Positions 9,731 to 19,851 of a stretch of 64,000 bases of DNA are shown one piece after another; the first letter of the stretch is position 1; each line of letters starts with the position of its first letter. The stretch is from an uncultured Flavobacteriales bacterium. Lineage in GTDB: Bacteria > Pseudomonadota > Alphaproteobacteria > UBA8366 > JADFVY01. The stretch lies in NCBI GenBank assembly GCA_964347475.1, contig CAYFYY010000007.1, positions 1,261-65,260 on the forward strand, in the 5' to 3' direction. A program made the translations under genes and the position numbers. The notes below the pieces were generated by a model. It saw only the letters and a program-made list of their open reading frames with translations. It made no database searches and was not told the origin of the DNA.

Positions 9731-10792
9731 ATGGTCGAGAAAACGCCCCCACCATCCGCCCGCAAGGCCACGACGATCAAGGAACTGGCCGAACATGTCG
9801 GCGTCCACGTCTCGACGGTATCGCGGGCGCTCAATCCCGAGACCCGGAACCTGATCGGCCCCGCGGTGGTCAATCGGGTGCTCGCCGCGGCCGACGAGCT
9901 CGGCTACGTTCCGAATTCGATGGCGGCGGCGCTGCGCACCGGCCAGTCGCGCACCGTCGGCATTCTGATACCGGACCTGATGAACCCGGTCTTCCCGCCG
10001 TTCATCCGCGGTATCCAGGACACCCTCGACGAGGCGGGGTACACCGCCATCATCGCCAATTCCGACGGCGACAAGGACTACGAGCGGGACATCGTGCAGA
10101 AGATGAAGGCGCGGTTCGTGGCCGGCCTGATCATGGCGACGCCGCTGTACCGGGGCGACCCCGCGGTCCGCGAATGCCTCGACCGGCACATTCCGGTCGT
10201 CCTCATCAACCGCGCGGTCGACGAGGGGGCGATCAGCGCCGTGGTCAACGACGACAGGGCCGGCATCATGGCGGCGGTCGATCACCTGGCGCGGCTCGGG
10301 CACCGGCGCATTGCCCATATGGCGGGGCCGCAGGCGACCTATACCGGGATGACGCGCTATCAGGCATTCGTCGCGGCGATGCAGGCCCACGTGTTGCCGG
10401 TGGACGAGGATCAGATCGCCTTCGCGGACGGCTATACGATTCCTGCGGGCCATCAGGTCATGCGCGCGCTGCTCCGCCGCGGGCCGGCCTTCACGGCGCT
10501 GATCGCCGCCAACGACCAGCTCGCCCTCGGCGCCCTCGACGGCCTGTCCGAGGCGGGTCTGCGCGTGCCGCGCGATGTCTCGCTGGTCGGCTTCAACGAC
10601 ATGCCGCTGGTCGACCGGATCGACCCGCCGCTGACCACGCTGCGCATCCAACATTACGAGATGGGCGCCGAAGCCGCCCGCATTCTGCTCGAAGAGCTGA
10701 CGGCACGGAAATCGCAAAGCCGCACCGTCATGCTGAGGCCCGAACTCGTCGTGCGCGGCTCCACGGGACCAGCCCGCAGAGCGAGGTCATAA
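9731..10792 (+). CDS. LacI family transcriptional regulator
   Basis: TIKELAEHVGVHVSTVSRALN HTH, GYVPN..AAAL hinge, NDQLALG, VSLVGFND. Confidence 0.95.
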   Translation: MVEKTPPPSARKATTIKELAEHVGVHVSTVSRALNPETRNLIGPAVVNRVLAAADELGYVPNSMAAALRTGQSRTVGILIPDLMNPVFPPFIRGIQDTLDEAGYTAIIANSDGDKDYERDIVQKMKARFVAGLIMATPLYRGDPAVRECLDRHIPVVLINRAVDEGAISAVVNDDRAGIMAAVDHLARLGHRRIAHMAGPQATYTGMTRYQAFVAAMQAHVLPVDEDQIAFADGYTIPAGHQVMRALLRRGPAFTALIAANDQLALGALDGLSEAGLRVPRDVSLVGFNDMPLVDRIDPPLTTLRIQHYEMGAEAARILLEELTARKSQSRTVMLRPELVVRGSTGPARRARS

Positions 10793-10871
10793 AGTTTTTT
10801 TTAGTACTAAGGAATAATTTACGCGCCCCTCCGTTTTACAACCAGAAGTACGGGCAAATCCGGGGGTTCCG

Positions 10872-11063
10872 ATGCGCTTCCTGAAGATGTTCTTTGCTTC
10901 GTTACGCATGGCGAATGCGCTCGACAACGATTTTTACAAGCACGAGGCGTCGCACAACGAGGCGCTGATCGACGAGCTGTGTCGGCAGGACGAAATGGCC
11001 GATTCCAAAGCCACGGATACGCATTCGCACACCGGCATCGGAGCCGCCGCAAAGCCTGCCTGA
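10872..11063 (+). CDS. Small hypothetical protein (63 aa)
   Basis: ATG preceded by GGGGG, plausible codon usage, AT-rich upstream region, downstream terminator. Confidence 0.55.
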   Translation: MRFLKMFFASLRMANALDNDFYKHEASHNEALIDELCRQDEMADSKATDTHSHTGIGAAAKPA

Positions 11064-11136
11064 ACGACATCGTAATTTCTCCTCAGTTCATCTGCAGGCG
11101 TGACCAGCTCGTGGGCAGGGATTCGGTCACGCCACG

Positions 11137-11171
11137 CCAGGCGCCAGGGTGGGGGGCGCCTGGTTTTTTTT
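11137..11171 (+). terminator. Rho-independent terminator
   Basis: Stem CCAGGCGCC / GGCGCCTGG followed by T8. Confidence 0.8.
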
Positions 11172-11345
11172 GCGTCGGCCATCCTAGACCCTCGGCGTTT
11201 TCGTCGACCTTGTGGTCTCATAGAACCGCGATCCTGCGTTAACCTTCCCGCAATCGCGCATTGCGATACTGGCCGCCGCACGCTGCGGGCGATCCCGGCC
11301 GAGGCCCCTTAAAGGTTTGAACACGCCTGTCCGGCGCCGGAAGCG

Positions 11346-12260
11346 ATGGACCACCGAAAATCGGACATACCCGCTGGGGCGGCGACCTTTGGCCTCGAGA
11401 AGACGGTCGGAAAGGACGGGAGCAGGCTGTTCCCGGTCCTGGATTCGCAGGCCCGGGCAGCGCCGGATGCCGAAGCGATCAAGGCCGCCTTCGACAAGAT
11501 GATGCGCGGCCTCGCCCACGGTTCCGGTGACCAGACCTACGCCGGATACAGGGCGCTGTACGAGGTCGGCCATGCCGTCGTTCCGGAACTGGAGCAACGA
11601 ATCATGCAGGCAGACTGGAATACAGTCTCGCGAACGGACACGACGCGGATGCAGACGGCCCTGGTAACTCTCCTGCATGATATCGATGAGGCACGGTCCC
11701 GGGATGTCATCGACCGGCTGCTCCACGCCGGCTGCCACCCGTCCCTGCGGGGCGTGCTGAACAGCATCCGGCGCTACGATTCGAGCGGCTTCTGGGTCCA
11801 CGATATCCGCGGGCTGCGGGTCCTGGTGTCGCGGGAGATCGACGAATCTGAGGACGTTTTCGCCCATTTGGACCTCTGGCTGGCCAGCGTGCCGATAGAA
11901 GATCTGGCCGGCATCATGCGGCTCCACGTCGTAAGAAGCCCGCCTGAAGCGGATTACGCGGGCCAGTACATGCCAATCCTGTCGACGATCACGGTTATCT
12001 GGGAAGAACCGGTCTTCGGCGGCAGGATATTGGAGCGGCTTGTGCGCTTCGGCGTCGAGAAAACCCTGTATCACGAAATCGGCCACCATGTTCACCGGCA
12101 CAGCTTCGGCCGACAGCCCGAACAGGAGAAGGAGGCGGACCGTTACGCGGCCGCCCGTATGCGAGCGAACTATCCCTGGCTGGCCGGCGTTGCCGGCGTG
12201 ATCCGGCGTCTCCTGCCCGCCGGTTTCTGCCGGAGGCAGCCGCGCATTCGAGATACTTAG
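11346..12260 (+). CDS. Hypothetical protein with HExxH zincin-like motif
   Basis: LYHEIGHHVH followed by EQEKEADRYA; helical N-terminal part; no family recognised. Confidence 0.7.
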   Translation: MDHRKSDIPAGAATFGLEKTVGKDGSRLFPVLDSQARAAPDAEAIKAAFDKMMRGLAHGSGDQTYAGYRALYEVGHAVVPELEQRIMQADWNTVSRTDTTRMQTALVTLLHDIDEARSRDVIDRLLHAGCHPSLRGVLNSIRRYDSSGFWVHDIRGLRVLVSREIDESEDVFAHLDLWLASVPIEDLAGIMRLHVVRSPPEADYAGQYMPILSTITVIWEEPVFGGRILERLVRFGVEKTLYHEIGHHVHRHSFGRQPEQEKEADRYAAARMRANYPWLAGVAGVIRRLLPAGFCRRQPRIRDT

Positions 12261-12641
12261 TAGGGTATCGTTCTCGAATATCTTGCCGGAGCCCCCCACA
12301 CGCCCCTGGAAACCAGTGCCCCCCGCGCGCGACCCCGCCGCCCGGCTGGCGGCGCGGCCGCCGCCTTGCGCGGAGGTCATGGAGGCGCGGCGGATCTCCC
12401 GCCTGCGGCTGACGGTGCGGGAGGACGCGGTGGCGGCCGGGCTGGTTGGGGAGCGGCCCGGGCACGGCAACCCCGCCACGCCGCATGCAATGCCCGCCGG
12501 GCGGGCGCTGATCGGCCGGTATGCCCGCGTCGCCCCTTACGAGCAGCCGCAATTCGTTTGGAAGTGACGGCGCCTCTGCGTTGACAGCGTCGCCGCCGCG
12601 GCGGGATACTTCTTCGCCACGCCTAAGAGACGGAGGACGCC

Positions 12642-13295
12642 ATGAATCTCGGACTCGAAGCGGTGCGGCCGGCGGTGGTCGCCGTCGACCTGCATCGCGG
12701 GCATCTCGACATGGAGGTGGCGACCCTGCCGGCGCCGCCGGATGTCGCGGCCCGGGTGGTCGCCGCCAACAGAGCTTTCAACGCGCGCTGCCGGGCGCTG
12801 GGCATCCCCATCGTCCACGTCGTCTCGCAGTACCGCGACCCGTCGGAGACGGCGGGCAACCCGTACTGGCGCACAAAGGCGGGCCGGGCCGGCGACACAA
12901 GGGCGAACCAGTTCCGCCACAACCTCGCCGGCAGCCCCGGCACCGAGATCATGCCCGGCCTGTTCGAGGCCGGCGACCTGGTGATCGACACCAAGAAGCG
13001 CAAGGACTGCTTCCATGCCACCGACCTCGATTTCCTGCTGCGGGCGCGCGGCGTCAACGTGCTGCTGCTGACCGGGGTGAACACCAACAGCTGCGTGCTG
13101 TGCACCGCCGCCACCGCCAACACGCTCGACTATCTGCCGATCGTCGTCGAGGACTGTGTCGGCTCGATGGACGGGGCGGCGCAGCACGAGGCGGCGCTCC
13201 TGTGCATCCGCACCGCGCTCGGCTTCGCGATGCCGCAGGACGACGTCTTCGCGGCGCTGGCCGCCAACGGCATCGGCTCGCAAGCGGCCGAATAG
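12642..13295 (+). CDS. Isochorismatase-family cysteine hydrolase
   Basis: Triad Asp (VDL), Lys (TKKR), Cys (TNSCV); GGAGG RBS. Confidence 0.9.
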   Translation: MNLGLEAVRPAVVAVDLHRGHLDMEVATLPAPPDVAARVVAANRAFNARCRALGIPIVHVVSQYRDPSETAGNPYWRTKAGRAGDTRANQFRHNLAGSPGTEIMPGLFEAGDLVIDTKKRKDCFHATDLDFLLRARGVNVLLLTGVNTNSCVLCTAATANTLDYLPIVVEDCVGSMDGAAQHEAALLCIRTALGFAMPQDDVFAALAANGIGSQAAE

Positions 13296-13484
13296 GGCCG
13301 CGCAAACCCGCAGAAAACGCCTTTGCATGGGGTCGTTCCACACGGCCGTCGGAGTTTGAGCCTTCAACGACCTATCGGGACAGAAGGACCGCGCGTCGCC
13401 ACTGGACGCCGGATCGAAGATCCGTCGCCCCGATCCCGTTGCCATCCCGACGCGCGGCGGCGCCCCGTTTGCGACAGCCCTTTT

Positions 13485-14660
13485 TCAGAAGCGGCAGTCG
13501 CTCTCGGGCTGGTCGATGCCCAGCGTATCGAGGATGTCGGTGCGATGCAGGAACCCGTCGAGCGGCGCGCGTTCGGCGACCGCGTTGTGGGTGTGCAGCA
13601 GCAGCGGCTGGCGCAGCTGGTTGTTCCATGGCCGGAAGCTCGCCGGGTTGCCCTTGTAGGCATCGAAGGTCAGCGCGTCGCCCTTGAGATAGGTGGACAG
13701 TGCCTCGAACTCGGTGCTGCCGGTCCGCGTCAGCGCCTCGACGATCAGCCGGACGGCGGCCCAGGCGGCCCAATCGGCGTCGCTCATCTCGCGCCCGGCC
13801 AGCTTCTCGAAGCGCTGGTTGAGCTGCGGCGCGCCGTGCCGCTCCCAGGCCCAGTGCCAGGCGCTGGCGATCAGCCCCTCGGTGCCGACGACCAAGCGCG
13901 GCTGTTGGGCCTGGTAGGGGACGTAGCGGCCGAATTCGCCGTCGCTGTCGGCGAGGAAGACGACGTCGTGGGCCGGCTCGGCGGTCAGCAGGCGGACGTT
14001 GTTGCGGCCGCGCTCGCGCGGATCGTTGCTCAGCACGAAGGGCTTCGCGGCGACGATCCTGAGGCCGAACTTGGCGGCCGAGCGGGCGAAGGCGTCGGCC
14101 AGCGCCGCATCGTCCGGCAGCGGGCCACGCAGCACGAGAACCCGGCGCCAGTTCTGTGCCGCAAGATACTGGGCCATCGCATCGGTCAGCATGGCGCGGC
14201 TGGGGATCACGTGCATCAGTCCGGCGCGGCAATCGGCGCGGCGCAGCCGGTCGGCGGGCTCGGAGATGTTGAACAGCAGCACCCCGTCGTCGCGCAGCGC
14301 ATCGGCCAGCGCCAGCAGCGCCGCCGCGTCGGCATCGACGACGACGAAGCGGGCGCTGCTGTCGTCGCGCAGCCCCCGCACGGCCGCCGCGAGTGCATCG
14401 GGCGTCGCCGCCTCGGCGCGCGCGAGATTGAGGTCGAGGCCGAGGGCGCGGCCGATTACCCGGCTCTCGCGCAGCGCCGCCTCGGCGCCGGCGTAGGGAC
14501 GATGTCGGGTCTTCAGCTTGAGTCCGGCATAGCTGCGGATCTCAGCGTAGCGCGCATCGTCGACGATCTCGAGATAGCCGATGGTGAACGGCGTCCGTTC
14601 GGCGGCGGCCACGGCGAGCGGTACGAACAGCAGCAGGGCGAGGGCCGGGACGGCACGCAT
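13485..14660 (-). CDS. PQQ-catabolism-associated ABC-type substrate-binding protein
   Basis: Signal peptide MRAVPALALLLF; WERHGAPQLNQRF, DWAAWAAV, FRPWNNQLRQP motifs; ATGA overlap with the YVTN gene. Confidence 0.85.
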   Translation of the reverse strand: MRAVPALALLLFVPLAVAAAERTPFTIGYLEIVDDARYAEIRSYAGLKLKTRHRPYAGAEAALRESRVIGRALGLDLNLARAEAATPDALAAAVRGLRDDSSARFVVVDADAAALLALADALRDDGVLLFNISEPADRLRRADCRAGLMHVIPSRAMLTDAMAQYLAAQNWRRVLVLRGPLPDDAALADAFARSAAKFGLRIVAAKPFVLSNDPRERGRNNVRLLTAEPAHDVVFLADSDGEFGRYVPYQAQQPRLVVGTEGLIASAWHWAWERHGAPQLNQRFEKLAGREMSDADWAAWAAVRLIVEALTRTGSTEFEALSTYLKGDALTFDAYKGNPASFRPWNNQLRQPLLLHTHNAVAERAPLDGFLHRTDILDTLGIDQPESDCRF

Positions 14661-15664
14661 CAGTCGTCGATCAGGATGCCGTAGGGGACCATGCCGACCG
14701 GCACCGACTTGAGCACCCGGCGCGACTCGGTGTCGATGATCGAAATGTCGTCCGACAGCCCGTTGGCGACGTAGAGGCGGCGTTCGTCGCGGGTCAGTGC
14801 CAGGCCCCAGGGTCTCTTGCCGACGAGGATGTATTGGAGGATCTCGCGGCCCGCGACATCGACCACGGCGACGTGGTTGGCGCGGCCGAGCGCCACATAG
14901 GCGGTCGTGCCGTCGCCCGTGATCAACAGGTCGACCGGGGTGACCTGCTCGCGCCGGAAACCGGGCGGCAGGAACAGGATGTCGCCGATCAGCTTGTTGC
15001 TGGCCGTGTCGATGATGTCGACCTCGCCCGCCAGTTCCGCGGACACCCAGAGCTCCTTCTCGTCCGGTGTCAGCGCAAAGCGGCGCGGCCGCGTACCGAC
15101 GAAGATGTCGGCCCGCACCTCCATGTCCTCGAAATTGATGACGTGGACCAGGTTGGCGGCCTCCGAGGCGACGTAGACGGTCTTGCCGTCGCGGGTGAAC
15201 AGGACGCCCTCCGGTTCCTCGCCGAGCTCCGCCTCGCCCTCGACCCTGCCGGTCTCGACGTTGACCTTGGTCGCCGCTGCGTCCTCCTCGTTGGAAACCA
15301 CGAGATATCGCCCGTCGGGGCTGAGGTCGAAGGTCTCCGGCTCCTCCATCTTGCGGATACGCTGGACCAGCTTCGCCGTGGCGACCTCGTACACCGCGAT
15401 CACGTTGTCGTCGGCACAGCCGACGAAGAAACGGGTGCGATCGAGGTTGAAATGGATCCCCCGCGGCCGCGCGCAGGTCGCGAACTCGTCGACGACCGTG
15501 TCGCTGCGTCCGTCGAGCACCGTGATCGTGCTGCTCTTCTCGTTGGTGATGTAGATCCGCCCCGTCGGCTCCGCGTGCGCCGGCGCCGCCGCCCACACAC
15601 ACGCGCAGATCGCCAGCGCAATTCGGCCGACAGACCGCGCCGGGCCATTGCAAGTCCCATACAT
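14660..15664 (-). CDS. PQQ-catabolism-associated YVTN beta-propeller protein
   Basis: Repeated blades (IYITNEKS, EPEGV, VGTRPRRF, VGKRPWGL, VANGLSDDISIID); start codon uncertain. Confidence 0.88.
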   Translation of the reverse strand: MYGTCNGPARSVGRIALAICACVWAAAPAHAEPTGRIYITNEKSSTITVLDGRSDTVVDEFATCARPRGIHFNLDRTRFFVGCADDNVIAVYEVATAKLVQRIRKMEEPETFDLSPDGRYLVVSNEEDAAATKVNVETGRVEGEAELGEEPEGVLFTRDGKTVYVASEAANLVHVINFEDMEVRADIFVGTRPRRFALTPDEKELWVSAELAGEVDIIDTASNKLIGDILFLPPGFRREQVTPVDLLITGDGTTAYVALGRANHVAVVDVAGREILQYILVGKRPWGLALTRDERRLYVANGLSDDISIIDTESRRVLKSVPVGMVPYGILIDD

Positions 15665-16046
15665 CGAAACGCCTGCCTGACCGCTCTTACCTGATTCGTC
15701 TTTTCGCCGATGGTAGCGACACCGGCCGCCGATTGCCAATGGCTTTCCCACGGACCCCCACAGCCGCCGCTTTCAAAGCCTGTGCGCGAAACTCGCGGCG
15801 GCATTGCGACAGAATGTCACAGTCAAAATTGACTACGAACAATTAAGGCGCAATAATCGGTCGTTGGATCGTCGCGGAAGGTCCCGGAGATAAGCCCCGG
15901 TGAACACGGGGTACCCGGAAATAGTGACCGCATGGTGCGCATATGCATGGCACAGCGATCCGGAGTGCGGGGGGCAGGAGCAATCACCAGAAACCCCATC
16001 GTGTCTCGGTGACCGAACGCCTTTGCCCGAAGACCAGGGAGGAATT

Positions 16047-17765
16047 ATGGGACATTCAACAGCAAGTAAATCGATGAAGCTTGCCGGCATCGCCATGGCG
16101 GCCGGCCTCGTCGTCGGCGCTACAGTGGCGGCAGCGCAAGAAGTCGACAGCGGCACCCGTTACGGCGACATGCAGGCCGTGACACAGGACATGCTGAATT
16201 TCGCCGCCGGGGACGGCAACAATTTCCTGCACACGAACGGCAACTATAATCAGACGCGCTACTATCCGGCGCGCCAGATCAATGTCGATAACGTGAAGCG
16301 ACTCCGTCCGGCGTGGATCTTCCAGACCGAAATCGTCGAATCGCAGGAAACGACCCCGATCGTCGTGAACGGCATCATGTACATCACGACGTCGTTCAAC
16401 CATGTCTATGCGCTGAATGCCAAGACGGGTGAGCAGATTTGGCACTACAAGCACAAGATGGGCCCGGTCACCACCTATTGCTGCGGGCCCAACAACCGCG
16501 GCGTGGCGGCCTACGGCGACAAGCTCTTCATGGGCACGCTCGACGCCAAGTTGGTGGCGCTCGACGCCAAGACGGGCAAGCTGGTCTGGGAGCAGCAGAT
16601 CGCGGATCCGGAGCTGGGCTATTCCGAGACCATGGCGCCGACGGCGGTCAACGGCAAGATCCTGATCGGCACCAACGGCGGAGAGTTCGGCATTCGCGGC
16701 TTCGTGAAGGCCTACGATGCGAACACCGGCAAGCTTTTGTGGACGTTCAACACGATCCCCGAGAATTCGGTCGGTGTGTGGGCAACGCACGATGCCACCG
16801 GTCGCGACCTGAAGCGCGACATCGAGAGCGAGAAGGCGGTGCTGCAGAAGCTGGGCGATCCCTACAAGACGCTGGGCGGCGGCGTGTGGCAGAACCCGGC
16901 CGTCGACCTCGCGCGCAACCGGATCTACTTCGTGGTCGGCAATCCGTCGCCGGACCTCGACGGTTCGATCCGTCCCGGGGACAACCTCTATACCGATTCG
17001 CTGGTAGCGGTGGACCTGGATACTGGCGAATACGTCTGTCACTTCCAGTATATCGCCCACGACGTATGGGATCTCGATGCTGTCAGCCCGCCGATCCTGG
17101 TCCAGGTGAAGGACAGTGACGGCAACACGGTCGACGGCCTGCTGCACGGTGGCAAGACCGGCCATGTATATATCCATAACCGTGAGGACTGCTCGCTGAT
17201 CCGCTTCTCCGAGGCGATGGTGCCGCAGGAAGACATGTGGACCCTGCCGACCAAGGACGGGGCGCGCATGCTGCCGGGTGCCAATGGCGGCGTCGAATGG
17301 TCGCCGATGACGGTCGACGAGAAGCTTGGCCTCGTCTATGCGATCAACCTGCACCAGCCAATGACCTATCACGTCGAGAGCACACCCTATCCCGAAGGCA
17401 AGCTGTGGCTTGGCGGCGCCTTCAAGGTGATCCCCTCGGAGGAGCAGTGGGGCAACGTGACGGCCGTCGAGTACAACACCGGCAAGATCCGCTGGAAGGT
17501 CAAGACGCCGCAGCCGATGATCGGCGGCATCCTGGCCACGGCCGGCGGCCTGTTGTTCACCGGTGAGGGCAACGGCCTGTTCAAGGCCTACGATTCGGCC
17601 ACCGGCAACGTGCTGTGGAGCTTCCAGGCCGGCGCCGGCGTTAATGCTCCGCCCGCGTCGTATACCGTGGACGGCAAGCAGTACATCGTCGTCGGAGCCG
17701 GCGGCAACGTGCAGCTGAACTACAAGCGCGGTAACAACATCATCGCCTTCGCGCTGCCTGACTGA
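16047..17765 (+). CDS. PQQ-dependent alcohol dehydrogenase-type quinoprotein
   Basis: Signal peptide, vicinal CC (YCCGPNNRG), [20 protein letters not shown], Trp-docking repeats; GGAGG RBS. Confidence 0.92.
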   Translation: MGHSTASKSMKLAGIAMAAGLVVGATVAAAQEVDSGTRYGDMQAVTQDMLNFAAGDGNNFLHTNGNYNQTRYYPARQINVDNVKRLRPAWIFQTEIVESQETTPIVVNGIMYITTSFNHVYALNAKTGEQIWHYKHKMGPVTTYCCGPNNRGVAAYGDKLFMGTLDAKLVALDAKTGKLVWEQQIADPELGYSETMAPTAVNGKILIGTNGGEFGIRGFVKAYDANTGKLLWTFNTIPENSVGVWATHDATGRDLKRDIESEKAVLQKLGDPYKTLGGGVWQNPAVDLARNRIYFVVGNPSPDLDGSIRPGDNLYTDSLVAVDLDTGEYVCHFQYIAHDVWDLDAVSPPILVQVKDSDGNTVDGLLHGGKTGHVYIHNREDCSLIRFSEAMVPQEDMWTLPTKDGARMLPGANGGVEWSPMTVDEKLGLVYAINLHQPMTYHVESTPYPEGKLWLGGAFKVIPSEEQWGNVTAVEYNTGKIRWKVKTPQPMIGGILATAGGLLFTGEGNGLFKAYDSATGNVLWSFQAGAGVNAPPASYTVDGKQYIVVGAGGNVQLNYKRGNNIIAFALPD

Positions 17766-17797
17766 CCGGGCTAGCACGAAGGTCGAAACCTTCGGAC

Positions 17798-17829
17798 GGG
17801 CCGGCTGCCCACGGGCGGCCGGCCCTTTT
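17798..17829 (+). terminator. Rho-independent terminator
   Basis: GGGCCGGCTGCCC / GGGCGGCCGGCCC stem followed by TTTT. Confidence 0.7.
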
Positions 17830-17922
17830 CCGCCACCGGCGCCCCGCTGCGGTGGGCTCGATCGGCGCGGCAGGGGAGCGGTTCGCTGACCCGGAGGAAC
17901 GAACGCAGGACTGTTTGACGAG

Positions 17923-18555
17923 ATGACAAGGATCCGAATCCTCCCTGTTGTGCTGTGCACCGCCCTCTGGCTTGGCGCGGTCCCGTCGGCGAGAGCGGAC
18001 ATACACTCCCGCATCCCGGAGCCGGCGGGGCCGACGGACCTGCCCGAGGCGTATGCGCCGGTCGAGGAAAAGCTGACGCTGTGTTTCGACTGCCACGGCG
18101 CCAACGGATACACACCGGACCCGGCATACCCGATCTTGGCGGGCCAGGAGTACTATTATCTCTACGTCCAGCTGCGGGATTTTGCGGCCGGGCGTCGCGC
18201 GTCCGACATCATGGGGCCTGTGGCGTCCGAGCTCAGCCGCGATGAGATGAAGCTGCTTGCCCAGTACTTCTCCGAGCAACCCTGGCCCGATATCGGTTAT
18301 CGCGGCGCCGCGGACAAGGTGGCATCGGGTGCGCGCGCGGCGGCCGCGGGCCAATGCGTCCAGTGCCATCTTGGCGGCTACGAAGGCAACAGCCGGGTGC
18401 CGCGGCTGGCCGGCCAGTATCCGGCGTATCTCTACAAGACCATGGTGGACTTCAAGACCAAGGCGCGCGCCAACTCGCCCGCCAAGTCCTCGCTGATGGA
18501 ATCGTATAGCGAAGACGACCTCGCGGCGCTGGCCGAGTTCCTTGCCGACAAGTAG
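17923..18555 (+). CDS. Di-haem cytochrome c4/c553-like
   Basis: Signal peptide; CFDCH and CVQCH; YPILAGQ and VPRLAGQ; axial Met candidates. Confidence 0.92.
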   Translation: MTRIRILPVVLCTALWLGAVPSARADIHSRIPEPAGPTDLPEAYAPVEEKLTLCFDCHGANGYTPDPAYPILAGQEYYYLYVQLRDFAAGRRASDIMGPVASELSRDEMKLLAQYFSEQPWPDIGYRGAADKVASGARAAAAGQCVQCHLGGYEGNSRVPRLAGQYPAYLYKTMVDFKTKARANSPAKSSLMESYSEDDLAALAEFLADK

Positions 18556-18701
18556 CGGTGTCACCGCTACGCCGCAAACTCGATAATCCTGGAATGCGGC
18601 ACCGGTTCCGCGCCTTGCCGCATGCGGTATGCGCCCTAGATTTCGGGTGCAAACCGGTTCCGGGGCGGCGGCCCCGCACTCTGACATGGAGGCAGCCGGA
18701 C

Positions 18702-19838
18702 ATGACCCGCCGAGGAACATTGCGCCGCGTTGCGGCCCTGGTGGCGGTATCAGTACCGTTGGCCACGGCCTGTGTCGCCGCCGAGTCCCATCCGTCGCAG
18801 CATTACGACTTGCGCCTCGCAACCGTCGCCGACGGTCTCGAACATCCCTGGTCGCTCGCCTGGTTGCCGGACGGGCGCATGCTCGTCACGGAGCGTGAGG
18901 GCCGGCTGCGGATCGTCGCGCCCGACGGAACGCTCTCGGCTCCGGTCGCCGGGCTCCCCAAGATCGCCGATGTCGGGCAGGGCGGGCTGCTCGACGTGCT
19001 GGTCGACCCCGACTTCGCGACCAGCCGCACGATCTACTTCTCCTTTTCCGAACCTGGGGCGGGGGGAGCCGGCACGGCGGTCGCGCGGGCGGTCCTCAAC
19101 GGCAACCGCCTGAACGACGTTACGATACTGTTCCGACAGACGCCGAAATCGGGCGGCGGCCGACACTTCGGCTCGCGGCTCGTTCTGGCCCGCGACGGCA
19201 CCCTGTTCGTGACCGTCGGCGAGCGCGGCGAGAGCGAGCGCGCGCAGGATACGACGGTCAACCGCGGCCAGGTCGTGCGCATCAAGCGAGACGGCAGTAT
19301 CCCCGCAGACAACCCGTTCGTGGGTCGAGAGGGCTATCGGCCGGAAATCTGGTCATACGGCCACCGCAACCCGCAGGGCGCGGCCCTTCATCCGGAGACC
19401 GGGGAGCTTTGGCTCCATGAGCACGGCGCCGCCGGGGGTGACGAAGTCAACATCGCGCGGGCCGGCCGCAACTATGGCTGGCCGGTCATCGCCTATGGCC
19501 GTCATTACTGGGGCGGCAAGATCGGCGAAGGCACGCACAAGGCGGGAATGGAGCAGCCGATCCACTACTGGGATCCATCGATCGCCCCGTCCGGGATGGC
19601 GTTCTACACCGGCGACAGGTTCCCGGCGTGGCGCGGCAATTTGCTGGTCGGGGCGCTCAAGTACCAGCTTCTCGCGCGCCTCGTCCTCGACGGCGAAGAA
19701 GTGGTGGAAGAGGAGCGCATCCTTACCGATCTGGGGGAGCGCATCCGCGACGTCCGCCAGGGACCGGACGGCTACATCTATCTCCTGACCGACGAAGGCG
19801 ACGGCCGGATCCTGCGCCTCGAGCCGGCCGACGGCTGA
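18702..19838 (+). CDS. PQQ-dependent sugar dehydrogenase (glucose/sorbosone dehydrogenase, YliI-like)
   Basis: PWSLAWLPDG, GQGGLLDV, HFGSRL, SYGHRNPQG, NYGWP, APSG, RIRDVRQGPDG. Confidence 0.92.
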   Translation: MTRRGTLRRVAALVAVSVPLATACVAAESHPSQHYDLRLATVADGLEHPWSLAWLPDGRMLVTEREGRLRIVAPDGTLSAPVAGLPKIADVGQGGLLDVLVDPDFATSRTIYFSFSEPGAGGAGTAVARAVLNGNRLNDVTILFRQTPKSGGGRHFGSRLVLARDGTLFVTVGERGESERAQDTTVNRGQVVRIKRDGSIPADNPFVGREGYRPEIWSYGHRNPQGAALHPETGELWLHEHGAAGGDEVNIARAGRNYGWPVIAYGRHYWGGKIGEGTHKAGMEQPIHYWDPSIAPSGMAFYTGDRFPAWRGNLLVGALKYQLLARLVLDGEEVVEEERILTDLGERIRDVRQGPDGYIYLLTDEGDGRILRLEPADG

Positions 19839-19851
19839 CCGCGGACACAGC

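Noticed and set aside
12283-12567. 94-aa ORF between the HExxH gene and the isochorismatase
   Set aside because: Low-complexity GC-rich translation, no recognisable motif and no convincing RBS; it cannot be supported.
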